This document shows positions 62,964 through 64,000 of a stretch of 64,000 nucleotides of DNA, piece after piece; position 1 is the stretch's first letter, and each line of letters opens with the position of its first letter. The notes beneath the pieces are model-generated. The model worked only from the letters and a program-made list of their open reading frames with translations. It did no database searches and was not told the DNA's origin. A program made the position numbers and the translations under genes. The stretch comes from Myxococcota bacterium. Lineage in GTDB: Bacteria; Myxococcota_A; UBA9160; UBA4427. The stretch lies in NCBI GenBank assembly GCA_965250285.1, contig OZ252299.1:3232001-3296000 (forward strand), in the 5' to 3' direction.

Positions 62964-63779
62964 ATGGACCGAGACGCGGCGCTTCGCTTCCATGGCCGCA
63001 TGGTGCAGCCGACCCGCGACGCAGATCTGTCCGACGCAGCCCGCCTGGCGCGGCGCATCGGTCGATTCGACTGGGCCCGCATCGAGGCGGATCTGGACGC
63101 GGTGGGCTTTGCCCGACTGTCCAGGTTGGTGACGGCACGCGAAGCGCTCGGCCTGCGGCGGCTGTTCGACCACGGCGAGCGGTTTCGAAAGACCGTCGAC
63201 ATGGATCATCACGCCTACGGCTCGGGCGACTACCGGTACTTCGCAGCGCCCCTGCCGCCCCTCGTTCAGACGCTGCGCGAGGCCCTCTATCCGCCCCTCG
63301 CTCAGGTCGCCCGAGGGTGGGCCGAGCGGCTCGGCGCATCGAGCGCCTGGCCCGATCGCCTCGACGGGTACCTGGCCGAGTGTGCGTCGTTCGGTCAGAC
63401 CGAGCCCACGCCGCTGCTGCTTCGCTACGGCCCGGGCGGCTACAACCGCATGCACCAGGACCGCTACGGCGAGCGGATGTTCCCGTTTCAGGTGGTGTGC
63501 CTGCTGTCTCGCCGGGCGCACGCGCCGGGGGGCGAGCTCGAACCCGGCGCCGAGTTCAGCGGAGGACCGGTCTTGATCTCGGAGCACCGGCCGCGCATGC
63601 AGGCGCGCGTCGATGCCGTGGATCTCGAGCTCGGCGAAGCGCTGGTCTTCGCCGCAAGCGAGCGACCCGTGCCTTCGAAGCGCGGCTGGGCGCGGGCCAC
63701 GATGCGTCACGGCGTCGGGACGGTCCACGCTGGCCAGCGCACGACGCTGGGCCTCATCTTCCACGACGCGGCTTCGTAG
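62964..63779 (+). CDS. 2OG-Fe(II) oxygenase (DUF2086/prolyl-4-hydroxylase-like)
   Basis: GDYRYF, PTPLLLRY, HQD, RPRMQ, MRHGV and LGLIFHDA; start 62964 or 63000. Confidence 0.85.
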   Translation: MDRDAALRFHGRMVQPTRDADLSDAARLARRIGRFDWARIEADLDAVGFARLSRLVTAREALGLRRLFDHGERFRKTVDMDHHAYGSGDYRYFAAPLPPLVQTLREALYPPLAQVARGWAERLGASSAWPDRLDGYLAECASFGQTEPTPLLLRYGPGGYNRMHQDRYGERMFPFQVVCLLSRRAHAPGGELEPGAEFSGGPVLISEHRPRMQARVDAVDLELGEALVFAASERPVPSKRGWARATMRHGVGTVHAGQRTTLGLIFHDAAS

Positions 63780-63849
63780 CAGCAGCGCGCGACGCAGCTT
63801 CATCGAAGCACCGCGTGACGCGGCTTCATCGAAGCGCCGCGCGATGCGG
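63765..63849 (+). repeat. 26-bp tandem repeat, ~3.3 copies, palindromic core GCTTC-ATC-GAAGC
   Basis: Units start at 63765, 63791, 63817 and 63843 with no spacers. Confidence 0.75.
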
Positions 63850-63929
63850 AGCGCCCCGAAATGAGAGCGGCGAGCCGACTCACGTCGACTCGCCGCTGCA
63901 TCGATCACCCCGCTCCTCGCGGGTCGGTC

Positions 63930-64000
63930 TCAGCCGACCTCGACGGGGATCGTTCGAACCTCGGGCTCGGGCGGCGTCGCCTTGGGGACGTGCACCTCGA
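63930..64000 (-). CDS. 3' end of a probable Hsp20/alpha-crystallin protein (rest outside window)
   Basis: Minus strand reads EVHVPKATPPEPEVRTIPVEVG*, matching the ..VPK...RxIxV small heat-shock protein C-terminus. Confidence 0.6.
   Translation of the reverse strand, partial: EVHVPKATPPEPEVRTIPVEVG

Noticed and set aside
63765..63849. Mini-CRISPR
   Set aside because: Units are directly adjacent with no spacers.

Overview
High-GC bacterial chromosomal segment. The deltaproteobacterial-type major pilin with a sigma54 promoter and the many acyl-CoA dehydrogenases suggest Myxococcota or a relative (inference). Most of the window is ordinary metabolic and housekeeping genes: cysK, sucA, mpg, a pabB-like gene, two acyl-CoA dehydrogenase pairs, ABC/MATE/SulP transporters, carbonic anhydrase, nhaR and bolA. 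Three things stand out. (1) An accessory island at ~10.0-16.0 kb holds a tandem array of five paralogous secreted proteins with conserved ends and a hypervariable hydrophobic core. A sixth copy is cut off at its signal peptide, exactly where a foreign-looking segment begins. That segment encodes a solo, casposase-like Cas1 with a C-terminal Zn ribbon; no Cas2, CRISPR array or PolB is present. It is followed by three copies of a TIR-like motif that bracket a small beta-barrel gene. (2) An orphan Hcp (T6SS tube fold) with a Sec signal peptide lies directly upstream of a surface-anchored thrombospondin type-3 repeat protein. (3) A dispersed 186-bp structured intergenic repeat occurs as two full copies and one partial copy, and its 18-bp closing stems co-vary between copies. 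No rRNA, tRNA or CRISPR array was seen. All product calls come from motif recognition by eye; no database search was run.
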